Positions 36,197 through 45,174 are shown, counted from the stretch's first letter. The stretch: DNA of 64,000 nucleotides from Alistipes sp. (GCA_031285405.1 JAITWH010000043.1:5595-69594); one strand, 5' to 3'. The notes: a model not told the origin generated them from the sequence alone. Numbers and translations: made by a program.

Positions 36197-37483
36197 ATGG
36201 ACGGATTGAAGTTTGAGCTGACGAACGAACAGCGTCGCTATCTGGGGCTTGCTCCGGTGGAGGCGCATTGGGAGCTCGTGCAGTTGGGCGAGATGTGGTT
36301 GTGGTTTGACGGCGATGTGATTCGCAAGCAGATAATTGTCGACGAGGATGGATATTATGAATGCGAGCTGAACGAAAAGACGGCGGAGAATCGCACGATA
36401 CTGTTGCCGAAAACGGCGAAAGGTAAGCCCAAGAAGTTGAACTTCACGGGAACGCAGTCGTTCGGCCAGTTCGGGGTATATTTCAGATTCGGGGAGTATG
36501 TCACGATTGCGAGCTACACGACGCAGACCACGTTTTATAGTGAGGAACTTGGTGAGAGTACGACCATTGACGATTTGCAGGCGTGGCTCGACGGCTGGAT
36601 GGCCGACAGCTCCGAAGAGGATTTGCGCGAGATTGATGCGTTTCGGGAGGCAAAACGGCAGCACTGCAAATTTGCGGAGGGGGATTTTTTTGCCATTCGC
36701 ATCGGCAGGCGGCGGTGGGGCTTTGGGCGGATATTGATCGACGTGGCTCGCCGGCGAAAGACGGAGGAGTTCAAGGCCGAAGGGAATTACGGCTTGGATC
36801 GTCTGATGGGTAAGCCGCTGATCGTCAAGGTGTACCATAAAATTGCAGACACTCTCGATGTCGATTTGGATGAGTTGGCCGCGTGTGCCGCTATGCCCGC
36901 ACAGGCGGTGATGGATAACCATTTTTACTATGGGGAGAATCGCGTTATCGGTCATCGGGACGTTACGATTGAAGACTACGGCGACGATTTGCTGATCTCT
37001 TACAGTCGCGGACTATCGCGCGAGACGGCCGACATTATCTATTTGCAGTATGGGCTGATCTATCGAGAGTCGACCTTGGATAAGTTCTGCAAATATCTTG
37101 TGCGACGCAATCCGGAACGGGGTTACGACGAGGAGAATCCGTACAGAAACGAGAGTATAGGTTTCGGTCTCGATACCGACGAGTTGGAGGCGTGTATCGC
37201 GGCGGGGTCGAACGAGCCGTACTGGTCGCGGAAGAATTTTTTTAGGCGCGAAATGGATCTGCGCAATCCGTGCAATGCGGCTGTCAAGCGCGAGATTTTC
37301 GGCGCGTTCGGTCTCGACGGCGACAAGGGTTATGCCGAAAATTTGGCTCTCGCGACGGGGGTTTCTGTCGATGCAAGCGATGATAAAGCTTCCGATGCAG
37401 GTAGCGATAAAATTTCAGGCACGGCGGAGGTGAAGCATACAAAGCCATCTATATGGAGTATACTGAAGAGGACGAAAGGCTGA
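36197..37483 (+). CDS. uncharacterised 428-aa protein, possibly Imm26-like (polymorphic-toxin immunity fold) in its central part
   Basis: Starts 2 nt after the recA stop and overlaps the next gene by 31 nt. EGDFFAIRIGRRRWGFGRILIDV resembles the GDxFxIxL..G.YGFGRIL signature I associate with Imm26-family proteins. The rest is unrecognised. Confidence 0.45.
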   Translation: MDGLKFELTNEQRRYLGLAPVEAHWELVQLGEMWLWFDGDVIRKQIIVDEDGYYECELNEKTAENRTILLPKTAKGKPKKLNFTGTQSFGQFGVYFRFGEYVTIASYTTQTTFYSEELGESTTIDDLQAWLDGWMADSSEEDLREIDAFREAKRQHCKFAEGDFFAIRIGRRRWGFGRILIDVARRRKTEEFKAEGNYGLDRLMGKPLIVKVYHKIADTLDVDLDELAACAAMPAQAVMDNHFYYGENRVIGHRDVTIEDYGDDLLISYSRGLSRETADIIYLQYGLIYRESTLDKFCKYLVRRNPERGYDEENPYRNESIGFGLDTDELEACIAAGSNEPYWSRKNFFRREMDLRNPCNAAVKREIFGAFGLDGDKGYAENLALATGVSVDASDDKASDAGSDKISGTAEVKHTKPSIWSILKRTKG

Positions 37484-39669
37484 TCGCCGAGCGGTTTGCC
37501 GAGCTGGTGGCCGTGTGCGAGAGCAAGGCCATCTGCCACAGCGACGACGATCGGGCGATTATCGTGCGCGCGTTCAATGTCGCCAAAGAGGCGCACAAGG
37601 GGGTGAGGCGGCGATCGGGCGAACCCTACATCACTCATCCCATTGCCGTGGCGCGGATATGCGTCGAGGAGATCGGACTGGGGGTGAAGTCGGTGGTGGC
37701 GTCGCTGCTGCACGACGTGGTGGAGGATACGGACCTCACCGTGGAGGATATCTCGCAGATGTTTACTCCCAAGATCGCCTCGATGGTGGATGGGCTTACC
37801 AAAATCTCGGGGGTGTTCAACGCCGAGACCTCGGAGCAGGCCGAGTCGTTTCGGAAGATGCTGCTGACGCTGTTGGACGATGTTCGTGTGATTCTCATCA
37901 AAATTGCCGACCGGTTGCACAACATGCGCACTCTGGGGGCGATGCCGCGCGAGAAGCAGGTTAAAATTACGAGTGAAACCATCTATCTGTTTGCTCCGCT
38001 GGCCTATCGTCTGGGGCTCTACGCTATCAAGAGCGAGTTGGAGGATCTGTCGCTCAAGTATCGTTTTCCGGAGCAGTACAACGAGATCGAGGCAAAGTTA
38101 GAAGCGACCAAAAGGCGTCGGGCAGAGCTGATCGACAAGTTCGACGAGCCGATAATCGCACGGTTGCGCGAGAACGGGGTCGACTTCGAAATTTCGGGCA
38201 GGGTGAAGAGCGTATACTCGGTGTGGCGGAAGATGCAGTCGAAGCAGGTGCCGTTTGAGGAGATATACGACCTGTTTGCGGTGCGGATCATCTTTCGGCC
38301 GTCGCCCGTGATATCGGAGAAGACGCAGTGCTGGTACATCTATGAGTTGGTGACTGACATCTACCCCTCGCGGCCCGACAGGTTGCGCGACTGGATAACC
38401 TACCCCAAGGCGAACGGATATGAGGCGCTGCACACGACGGTGATGAGTCCCGACGGGTTGTGGGTCGAGGTGCAGATACGCTCGGAGAGGATGAACCAGG
38501 TGGCCGAGCAGGGGGTCGCCGCCCATTGGAAACACAACTATCTGACGGAGGACGAGGAGCTGCTGCCCGACGAGAAGTTCGACAACTGGCTGGGGCGGAT
38601 TCGCGACGCGTTGTCGAGCCCGACGGAGAATGCAGTGGATTTTTTGGACAACTTTCAGCGGTCGTTGTACACCGGTGAGATTGTGGTGTTTACGCCGAAA
38701 GGGGAGAGTCGGCAGCTGCTCAAGGGGGCGACGGTGCTGGACTTTGCGTTTGAGATTCACAGCAAGTTGGGGGTCACGGCCATCGGGGCTAAGATCAATC
38801 ACAAGATCGAGTCGATATACACCGAGCTCAAGAGCGGTGACCAGATCGAGGTGCTGACTTCTAAGAGTGCCGCGCCCGTCGTCGAGTGGCTCGACCATGT
38901 GGTCACGACTAAGGCCAAGCAGCATATCAAGAACTATCTGCGTCGAAACAGGCAGCAGAGTACGGAGCGGGGGAAGGAGCTGTTCGAGGCTCGCATGGCG
39001 GAGTTGGGCATTGTGCCCGGGGCGAGGGTTTTTCGCAAGTTGCTGCCTGCGTATCACAGCTCCACTAAGGATGAGTTCTACGGCAAAGTGGGGGCGGGGA
39101 CGGTGTTGCTGGATGGGTTGCAGGATGTGCTGCGGCAGAACTCGGCGAGCAAATACCTGAAGTTCTGGACGTTGTTTCAGGGCAATCGGAGCGATCGCGA
39201 CGACGGGATGGTGGTCGGCGGCAGGGAGTGGAACGAGGAGGAGGGGCGGCGGTTTGAGATTGCCGAGTGCTGCATTCCCATTCCGGGCGACGATGTGACG
39301 GGGTATCGCGAGCCGGCGTCGGGCAAAATTGTGGTGCACAAGACGAGTTGCAGCGAGTTGACCAGACTGGCCTCGCAGCATGGCGAAAATATCGAGACGG
39401 GCATCAGGTGGTCGAGCCACAAAGCGATGTCGTATCTGTCGATCATTTCGTTGCAGGGGATCGACAGGGTGGGGATATTGCTTGACCTTGTGGGAGTTAT
39501 CACCGGTGAGCTCAACATCAACATCCGCGAACTTCGCATACAGAGCCACGACGGAATCTTCGAGGGCGAGGTGAGTCTGTATGTCACGAGCACCGACGAC
39601 CTGAACGCCGTGATTGGGAAAATCAAGAAGATTAAAGGGGTCGATAAGGCTCAACGAATTAATAGTTAG
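37453..39669 (+). CDS. spoT: bifunctional (p)ppGpp synthetase/hydrolase, RelA/SpoT (RSH) family
   Basis: HD hydrolase motifs (YITHPIAVARI, LLHDVVEDT), synthetase motif GRVKSVYSVWRKM...YDLFAVRII, a TGS domain (VFTPKGESRQLLKGATVLDFAFEIHS) and a C-terminal ACT domain. Confidence 0.93.
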   Translation: MEYTEEDERLIAERFAELVAVCESKAICHSDDDRAIIVRAFNVAKEAHKGVRRRSGEPYITHPIAVARICVEEIGLGVKSVVASLLHDVVEDTDLTVEDISQMFTPKIASMVDGLTKISGVFNAETSEQAESFRKMLLTLLDDVRVILIKIADRLHNMRTLGAMPREKQVKITSETIYLFAPLAYRLGLYAIKSELEDLSLKYRFPEQYNEIEAKLEATKRRRAELIDKFDEPIIARLRENGVDFEISGRVKSVYSVWRKMQSKQVPFEEIYDLFAVRIIFRPSPVISEKTQCWYIYELVTDIYPSRPDRLRDWITYPKANGYEALHTTVMSPDGLWVEVQIRSERMNQVAEQGVAAHWKHNYLTEDEELLPDEKFDNWLGRIRDALSSPTENAVDFLDNFQRSLYTGEIVVFTPKGESRQLLKGATVLDFAFEIHSKLGVTAIGAKINHKIESIYTELKSGDQIEVLTSKSAAPVVEWLDHVVTTKAKQHIKNYLRRNRQQSTERGKELFEARMAELGIVPGARVFRKLLPAYHSSTKDEFYGKVGAGTVLLDGLQDVLRQNSASKYLKFWTLFQGNRSDRDDGMVVGGREWNEEEGRRFEIAECCIPIPGDDVTGYREPASGKIVVHKTSCSELTRLASQHGENIETGIRWSSHKAMSYLSIISLQGIDRVGILLDLVGVITGELNINIRELRIQSHDGIFEGEVSLYVTSTDDLNAVIGKIKKIKGVDKAQRINS

Positions 39670-39674
39670 GCGTT

Positions 39675-40523
39675 ATGGAAGATATCTGGGTTTGGCTGTT
39701 TTGGGCCGCGATTATCGTTGGGAGCTTGGTCTCTAACGCCTCCAAGGCTAAAAAGAGGCAGGAGGAGGCGGCTCGGCGGGCGGCTGATGCTGCTCGGGCT
39801 GCGGCGGCTGCGGCGGCTCGGCGGGGAGGTGTTGATTCTCGAAGTGGGGTGGATCGTGCTGATGGTCAGGTGGTTGATGGTGGTGCGAGTGCTGCGGGTG
39901 GTGGTACGGGGCAGGGTAGGTCGGCGGGAGGAGCTTTAGGGGGCTCTTTTTCGCAGATGTTGGAGGAGCTTTCGCGTCAGCTTACCGAGCAGCCGTCGCC
40001 TACCGTTGCCAATAAGCCGGTGGTTAGGTCTTGGCCGGTGGCTCGGCCCGTGGCTACGGCTCGGCCGGAGTCGGTTTCGCAGCCGGTTTCTCGGCCGGTG
40101 TTGGCGTCGCAACCCGAGGCTACTTCGCTTGATTATCAGTCGCTTGAGGATGGATACGACGAGGCGGAGTACTATCGCAGCGCCGAGGATTTTGATGCGG
40201 AACAGCGGTATGAGGGGGGCGAAATGCGTGCCTCAGGACGATACGAGGGTGGGGAGATGCGCCCTGTGGGGCGGTTTTCGAGTGCCGGGCGTGCCACCAA
40301 TTCGGCAATGGCTGCGTCGTCGTCCAAGGCGGCGGATTTTTCGTCGTCGGCGGGTGTTTTGTCGGTCGGCGGTGCAGATGGCGCAGGTGTTACGGATGAC
40401 ACGGATGGTGTGGATGGCGAGGTGCAGACCTCACTGCAGGAGCTCCTGGGCGGCGATTTCGATCTCCGGCGCGCCGTCATCGAGGCCGAAATTCTTACTC
40501 CGAAATATATCGCGCGGTATTGA
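39675..40523 (+). CDS. membrane-anchored low-complexity protein of unknown function
   Basis: N-terminal TM helix (IWVWLFWAAIIVGSLV), a long Ala/Gly/Ser/Arg-rich region with an internal duplication (RYEGGEMRASG/RYEGGEMRPVG), and a short ordered C-terminus (LLGGDFDLRRAVIEAEILTPKY). Confidence 0.55.
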   Translation: MEDIWVWLFWAAIIVGSLVSNASKAKKRQEEAARRAADAARAAAAAAARRGGVDSRSGVDRADGQVVDGGASAAGGGTGQGRSAGGALGGSFSQMLEELSRQLTEQPSPTVANKPVVRSWPVARPVATARPESVSQPVSRPVLASQPEATSLDYQSLEDGYDEAEYYRSAEDFDAEQRYEGGEMRASGRYEGGEMRPVGRFSSAGRATNSAMAASSSKAADFSSSAGVLSVGGADGAGVTDDTDGVDGEVQTSLQELLGGDFDLRRAVIEAEILTPKYIARY

Positions 40524-40666
40524 CGGCGCCTGCCGACGGGGGATTAATAAACAGACTCAAAGTTAAAAGCAAGCATTTTGCTTGCACAAAACAGGAGTTT
40601 TGTTGCTAACACGATGGAGTGAGACGATACACTGAACGAAGAGTAATAACATAAAAACAACAAAAA

Positions 40667-41128
40667 ATGAGTAACCAAACATCAAATGATTTTCAAAGCA
40701 GGCTGACAGAGGCACAGGGTTTCACCGGAAGCACGCCGGAAGAGATTTCCAAGTCGTTGGAACTAAGTCGAGAAAAGGTTCGTGGAATTATAGATGAGAT
40801 TAAAAACATTCCCGAAAACGAACGGGACTATGAGCTGAACATTGTCCTCGTTAAAGCGTATGTCCATGTAAACAACATTATCGACGCAATGGTTGCCCTT
40901 GTCGATCTTTCAGTTTCCGATAAGGAGCGTTGCGATAATGACCCTTTATGGAACTACTATATGGGGCATTGTTTATTGAGTCATCCAAAGAAACCCAAAT
41001 ATGACACGGCATACAATTACTTTGTCAAGTTTTTGGAATTAGCTGAAGAAAAGCAGTTTGACGATGAGTTTTTGGTGGCGTCGGCACAGGCAATGGTGAG
41101 AAATATACCTATGATGTATGGCGTTTAG
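40667..41128 (+). CDS. hypothetical helical protein (153 aa), low-GC islet
   Basis: ATG-initiated ORF in a region of clearly lower GC. Overlaps the next ORF by 11 nt. No motif recognised. Confidence 0.5.
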   Translation: MSNQTSNDFQSRLTEAQGFTGSTPEEISKSLELSREKVRGIIDEIKNIPENERDYELNIVLVKAYVHVNNIIDAMVALVDLSVSDKERCDNDPLWNYYMGHCLLSHPKKPKYDTAYNYFVKFLELAEEKQFDDEFLVASAQAMVRNIPMMYGV

Positions 41129-41921
41129 GAAAGTCATTGCGTTAATAATAATCTTCACTTTGAGCATTTCCGTTGTTCGGTCACAAGAAGCCGTTACCGT
41201 TTCCGGTATTTACATCGGAAAAACGGAGCAATTCTCCAAGGAGAATGTCGGGGCGATATTTGTCCGCGAGCAGGCTCGTGCCTATATTCCGAGTGGGTAT
41301 CATCATAGCTTTATAAATACGTTTAGGCTGGACGAAACCTCCGCTCGGCAGACGGGTTATGAAACAATCGGGGTGATTTGGGTGAACAATGTCGCGAGGA
41401 TTTCTACGGTTTTCAGCAATGAAGAGTCTGTGATACTCGATGTGTATCCGCTTGAAAACGGATTGTTCTATTGCAAGGATTACACCCAAAAAGATGCAGC
41501 GAAGGCGAGATTGAAAAAGACGTATGACCTTATGGAGAAAGAGATTACCGCTTTTCTTGAGCACGCCGCACAGGGCGACACGCTCCGACAACCCGAACAT
41601 CTGATAGACACCCGCTACACCCCGCAACTGATAAGGAATCTGTCGAACGATCACATCGTTTATGTGGAACGGACGATTCACGGTGACGGTGTACGAATCA
41701 AACGTTTTTTAGGAATAAGGATAAAAGAGGAAAGGGCAGGCTGGTCGGAAACAGTCTATGAAAGTATTTCGATGTCCGCCCTCGCAAGAAACAGACTCGA
41801 AGAGATTTTCCGTCCCGGCAGTTGGAGCTTCGATGTGCCGGACGCGAACGTTTCGGCAGAAGAGTGGCAGACTTGGCTTGATGTGCTGTTGAATCGCACG
41901 GTAGCGGGGTCTGGTGAATAG
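41118..41921 (+). CDS. hypothetical secreted protein (267 aa), low-GC islet
   Basis: Signal peptide MAFRKVIALIIIFTLSISVVRSQ. Translationally coupled to the preceding ORF. Confidence 0.5.
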   Translation: MAFRKVIALIIIFTLSISVVRSQEAVTVSGIYIGKTEQFSKENVGAIFVREQARAYIPSGYHHSFINTFRLDETSARQTGYETIGVIWVNNVARISTVFSNEESVILDVYPLENGLFYCKDYTQKDAAKARLKKTYDLMEKEITAFLEHAAQGDTLRQPEHLIDTRYTPQLIRNLSNDHIVYVERTIHGDGVRIKRFLGIRIKEERAGWSETVYESISMSALARNRLEEIFRPGSWSFDVPDANVSAEEWQTWLDVLLNRTVAGSGE

Positions 41922-42047
41922 TTCAGGCGGAGCGGCTGAAAAGGAGGCGGTTTTGAGGGTGCGCGTGCGGCGAAAGGAGTATCTTTGCGAATCACGAATT
42001 TTGAAAAACTAATATTAACCGCTCGAAAGAGCAAAAACTTAAATCAG

Positions 42048-42773
42048 ATGGGAATCCTATACAAGTATCTGGGTTTCAATCCTGACGACTTCGATAAGGA
42101 TAGCGGGAATTGTATGCTGAAGTATAGTAATCTGCAATTTACCCGAGCGACAAAACTTAACGATCCTTTTGATTGCTCTTCTGAATTGTTGGATTTTACC
42201 AGCTACGAAGCTTATGAGAAACAACATGGGTATCCGCAAATCGGAGGATTTGAAAATCTCCGCCAAAACACTATGATTTGTAGTTTGTCACGAACTTACG
42301 AATCCCTGCTTATGTGGAGTTACTATAACCAGCATAAAGGAATTTGCTTAGGCTTGGATATGGACAAGGTTCTTTCCTGCCTCAAACGCAATTACCCTGA
42401 TGCTCAGAATTTCTTTCGTCCATTTGATGTGATTTACTCGGAATCCTTTAATAGATTGGATTATATGACGAATCAGGATGATTCATTCCGCTAGATTGTC
42501 AAACAAAAAGCCATTGATTGGGCTCACGAGGAAGAGGTTAGGATGTTCGTACCGATACCAGTGATAAATAGTCGAGTTGATGGTGATTATTGGCGACCTA
42601 AAATTGACGGAGATTGTTTTACTTCATTATATTTAGGAGTGAATATTGACAATGACTATAAGTTGAAGATAATAAGCGTTGCCCGTGAATGTAATCCGAA
42701 GATTCAAGTCTTTCAAATGCAGACGAATTCCAATGCTTTCAAGTTGGATTCGATCTCTGTAAATGACCAATGA
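42048..42773 (+). pseudogene. DUF2971-family gene interrupted by a single in-frame TAG (42492-42494)
   Basis: Track ORFs 41985..42494 and 42543..42773 are in the same frame. Read across the stop, ...NQDDSFR*IVKQKAIDWAHEEEVRMFVP... gives a contiguous DUF2971-like protein (MGILYKYL..., KLNDPFDCS, LLMWSYYNQHKGICLG, W..EEEVR). A TATCTTTG -7 box at 41980-41987 precedes the ATG at 42048. Confidence 0.6.
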
Positions 42774-42881
42774 GCAATCTTAATTGCCTTGCATTACAAT
42801 TTGAAGCATTAATCGTGTTGCAGCCTCGTAAACCAATCGGAGGAGGTGCGACATAAATCAAATTATTCAAAGCATAGAGCT

Positions 42882-43280
42882 ATGGCAACGATCTTTACGA
42901 AAATTATTCAGGGGGCGATTCCGAGCTATAAAGTGGCTGAGGATGAGCGATTTTTTGCGTTTCTGGACATCGCGCCGCTTGCGGCCGGACACACGCTGGT
43001 GGTTCCGAAATTTGCGCCCGACGGCGAGGCGGACTACATTTTTGACCTCGACGACGAGACGCTCAGCGCGATGATGGTGTTTGCGAAACGGGTTGCTGGC
43101 CGCATTCGCGAGGTGACGGGGTGTGCGCGTGTGGCGGTCGTGGTTCTTGGGCTCGAAGTTCCGCATGTGCATATCCACCTGATCCCGATCGACAGCGAGA
43201 GCGATGTCGATTTTCGCCGGCCGCGACTTAGCTTGTCTCCCTCAGAGTTTGAGGCTTTGGTTGGGCGGTTGGCTTTTTGA
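42882..43280 (+). CDS. HIT-family (histidine triad) nucleotide-binding protein
   Basis: MATIFTKIIQGAIPSYKVAEDERFFAFLDI...GHTLVVPK and the histidine triad HVHIHLIP. Start trimmed from the GTG at 42846 to the ATG at 42882. Confidence 0.85.
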   Translation: MATIFTKIIQGAIPSYKVAEDERFFAFLDIAPLAAGHTLVVPKFAPDGEADYIFDLDDETLSAMMVFAKRVAGRIREVTGCARVAVVVLGLEVPHVHIHLIPIDSESDVDFRRPRLSLSPSEFEALVGRLAF

Positions 43281-43508
43281 GGGTTTTTGGGCTTTGGGGG
43301 CTTTTTTACTTTTGCTACTTTAGCTTTTTCTTTGCTGCGATTTTTGTTTTAGATTTTATTTCAGACTTTTTTCCGTGATCAGCCTTTTGGGTGGTCGCGG
43401 AAAGGGGGCGTGTGGGTGGGTAGTGGTGAATCGATTTTCGATTTAGTTGAGACATATTGATCTGGGCATGGCTTCCGATGGGAGGCTGTGGAGTTTTTGT
43501 TTGTTGTG

Positions 43509-43534
43509 AAGCCGGCGTGTCTGTCGGCTTTTTT
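43509..43534 (+). terminator. intrinsic terminator inside the long non-coding block
   Basis: AAGCCG-gcgtgtctgt-CGGCTT followed by TTTTT. Confidence 0.55.
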
Positions 43535-44166
43535 ATGTGTAATTTTTGATTTTTTTGTTCATTGTGCGTGTGATGCAGTCAAGTCGCTGATAGTAAATGG
43601 CGTAGATGTTTGGATCGGCTCTATTTAACATAATTGGGCGGCTTTTGTCCTTTCGGACGGAGATTTCTAAGGTACTTGATCGTTACATCCGTAAAAAACG
43701 GCATAAGTTACAAAAGTAAACAGCAGGTTACATTTGCCACATGGAGTTTTGTGTGATTCTGTTGACAAATGTAAATCAATCAAGATGAAGTTAACATTAC
43801 TTTTGTAAAACAAGTAAGCCTCATTACTATAAAACAAGCGTGCAATATGCTGAGCTTATCCCACGTTATCCAATTTGTGTGATTATGCTGTAAATCATAC
43901 AATTACATAGCTTATGTAATGTATTGGGTTAATTGATTTACTTGTTGCTGCTGTGAAAACGCCATTATTGGCATATTCACCACGTTATTCACATAATGTA
44001 ATGTACTAAATATCAGTCAATAGCATGGATTTATATGAACTAATAGTATATATGTGATAATGTGTATAAATTACTTTATGGCGATGAGTTACATTTGTAA
44101 TATCACATCAACAACCCTAATGATTACATTTGTAACCATCAATTTTGCTTTACAAAAATAATTGTT

Positions 44167-44174
44167 TATATTTG
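44167..44174 (+). promoter_or_regulatory. -7 box TATATTTG for the HTH gene
   Basis: Matches TAnnTTTG, 17 nt upstream of the ATG at 44191. Confidence 0.5.
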
Positions 44175-44190
44175 TAAAAAAATCGGGAAA

Positions 44191-45174
44191 ATGGAGGAAA
44201 AACTGAGACGCCTAATGAAGCACGAAGGGGTAAATTCCACGCGGCTGGCCGAGATACTCGGCATTCAGGCGTCGGGAATTTCGCACATCATGAGCGGCCG
44301 CAACAAGCCGAGTTACGACTTTTTGCAGAAACTGCTGCAGCGTTTTCCGCAGATCAACCCCGACTGGCTGCTGCTCGACAAGGGGCCGATGTACCGCGAC
44401 GAGATCAAAAACAAGAGCGGGCAAAACGCCTCAGCGTCAACCGGTCAGGGAACTTCGGCGATTGGCGGGCAGAATGTGTTGGCCGGTAGTAATTCGGGCG
44501 GTGTGGTCGGGTCGGGCGGCAGTCATTTAACGACCTCAACGGCGGAGGCGATGGAGCGAATGGGCGGCAGAGGGGGCGAGAATGGGCTTTTCGGCCCCGA
44601 CAATAATGACTTAATTCCCTCCGGTGGTCAGTTTGCGGGTGGTGTGACGCATGCTAATGGTCAGTTTGCGGGGTCGGGGGCAGGGGCGGATGCGCATGGC
44701 TATTCTGCTGGTGGGCGTGACCAATCGGGGCCGGCTTCCGAGGGGGGGCATTCTGCCGGATTTGGTGATCGGACGACGGTTGGGCAGATGCCGTATGAGG
44801 GGCAAATGCTTGATTTTCAGCAGCAAACCTCATTGCAGAATCCACCGCAAAGTTCGCCGCAAACATCGCCGCAGAGGTCTATGCAAGATATGTCGCAACG
44901 GGCTTCGTCGCAAAATTTGCAGCAGGCTTTTGCGCAAAATTCGTCGCAACACAACTCTCCGCAACGAGTTTCGTCGCAATCGGCGTCGCGAACTTCGTCG
45001 CAACAAAATCCGTCTCAAGTTTTGCCGCACTCGAATTCTGCGGAGGGAAGGGCAGATCAGCGTGTATTGCAAAATGCTGTGTATCAGTCGGGTGGGTTTG
45101 CCCGTTCGGCGTTCATCGAGCGAATTGTGGTCTTCTATAAGGACAAAACTTTTTCGGAATATCAGCCTGAATAA
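44191..45174 (+). CDS. XRE/HTH_3-type helix-turn-helix protein with long Gln/Ser/Gly-rich linker
   Basis: N-terminal NSTRLAEILGIQASGISHIMSGRNKPSYDFLQKLLQRFPQINPDWLLLDKG is a classic Bacteroidota HTH module. Short conserved-looking C-terminus IERIVVFYKDKTFSEYQPE. TATATTTG -7 box 17 bp upstream. Confidence 0.75.
   Translation: MEEKLRRLMKHEGVNSTRLAEILGIQASGISHIMSGRNKPSYDFLQKLLQRFPQINPDWLLLDKGPMYRDEIKNKSGQNASASTGQGTSAIGGQNVLAGSNSGGVVGSGGSHLTTSTAEAMERMGGRGGENGLFGPDNNDLIPSGGQFAGGVTHANGQFAGSGAGADAHGYSAGGRDQSGPASEGGHSAGFGDRTTVGQMPYEGQMLDFQQQTSLQNPPQSSPQTSPQRSMQDMSQRASSQNLQQAFAQNSSQHNSPQRVSSQSASRTSSQQNPSQVLPHSNSAEGRADQRVLQNAVYQSGGFARSAFIERIVVFYKDKTFSEYQPE

Larger units (their letters stand above)
43283..44190. 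other. ~0.9 kb non-coding block, strongly AT-rich from ~43600: candidate oriC and/or complex regulatory region
   Basis: No ORF of 60 aa or more on either strand. Perfect TTATNCACA DnaA boxes at 43985-43993 (TTATTCACA) and 44061-44069 (TGTGTATAA). 8+8 bp palindrome ATTACATA-GCT-TATGTAAT at 43902-43920. Six GTTAC-N4-GTAAC-like sites. Confidence 0.45.

Noticed and set aside
38098-39654. 518-aa antisense ORF across the RelA/SpoT gene
   Set aside because: A shadow ORF with Arg/Pro/His/Leu bias.
40560-42840. Calling the low-GC islet a mobile element
   Set aside because: I can see no integrase, transposase, tRNA target or flanking direct or inverted repeats. It is reported only as a compositional islet.
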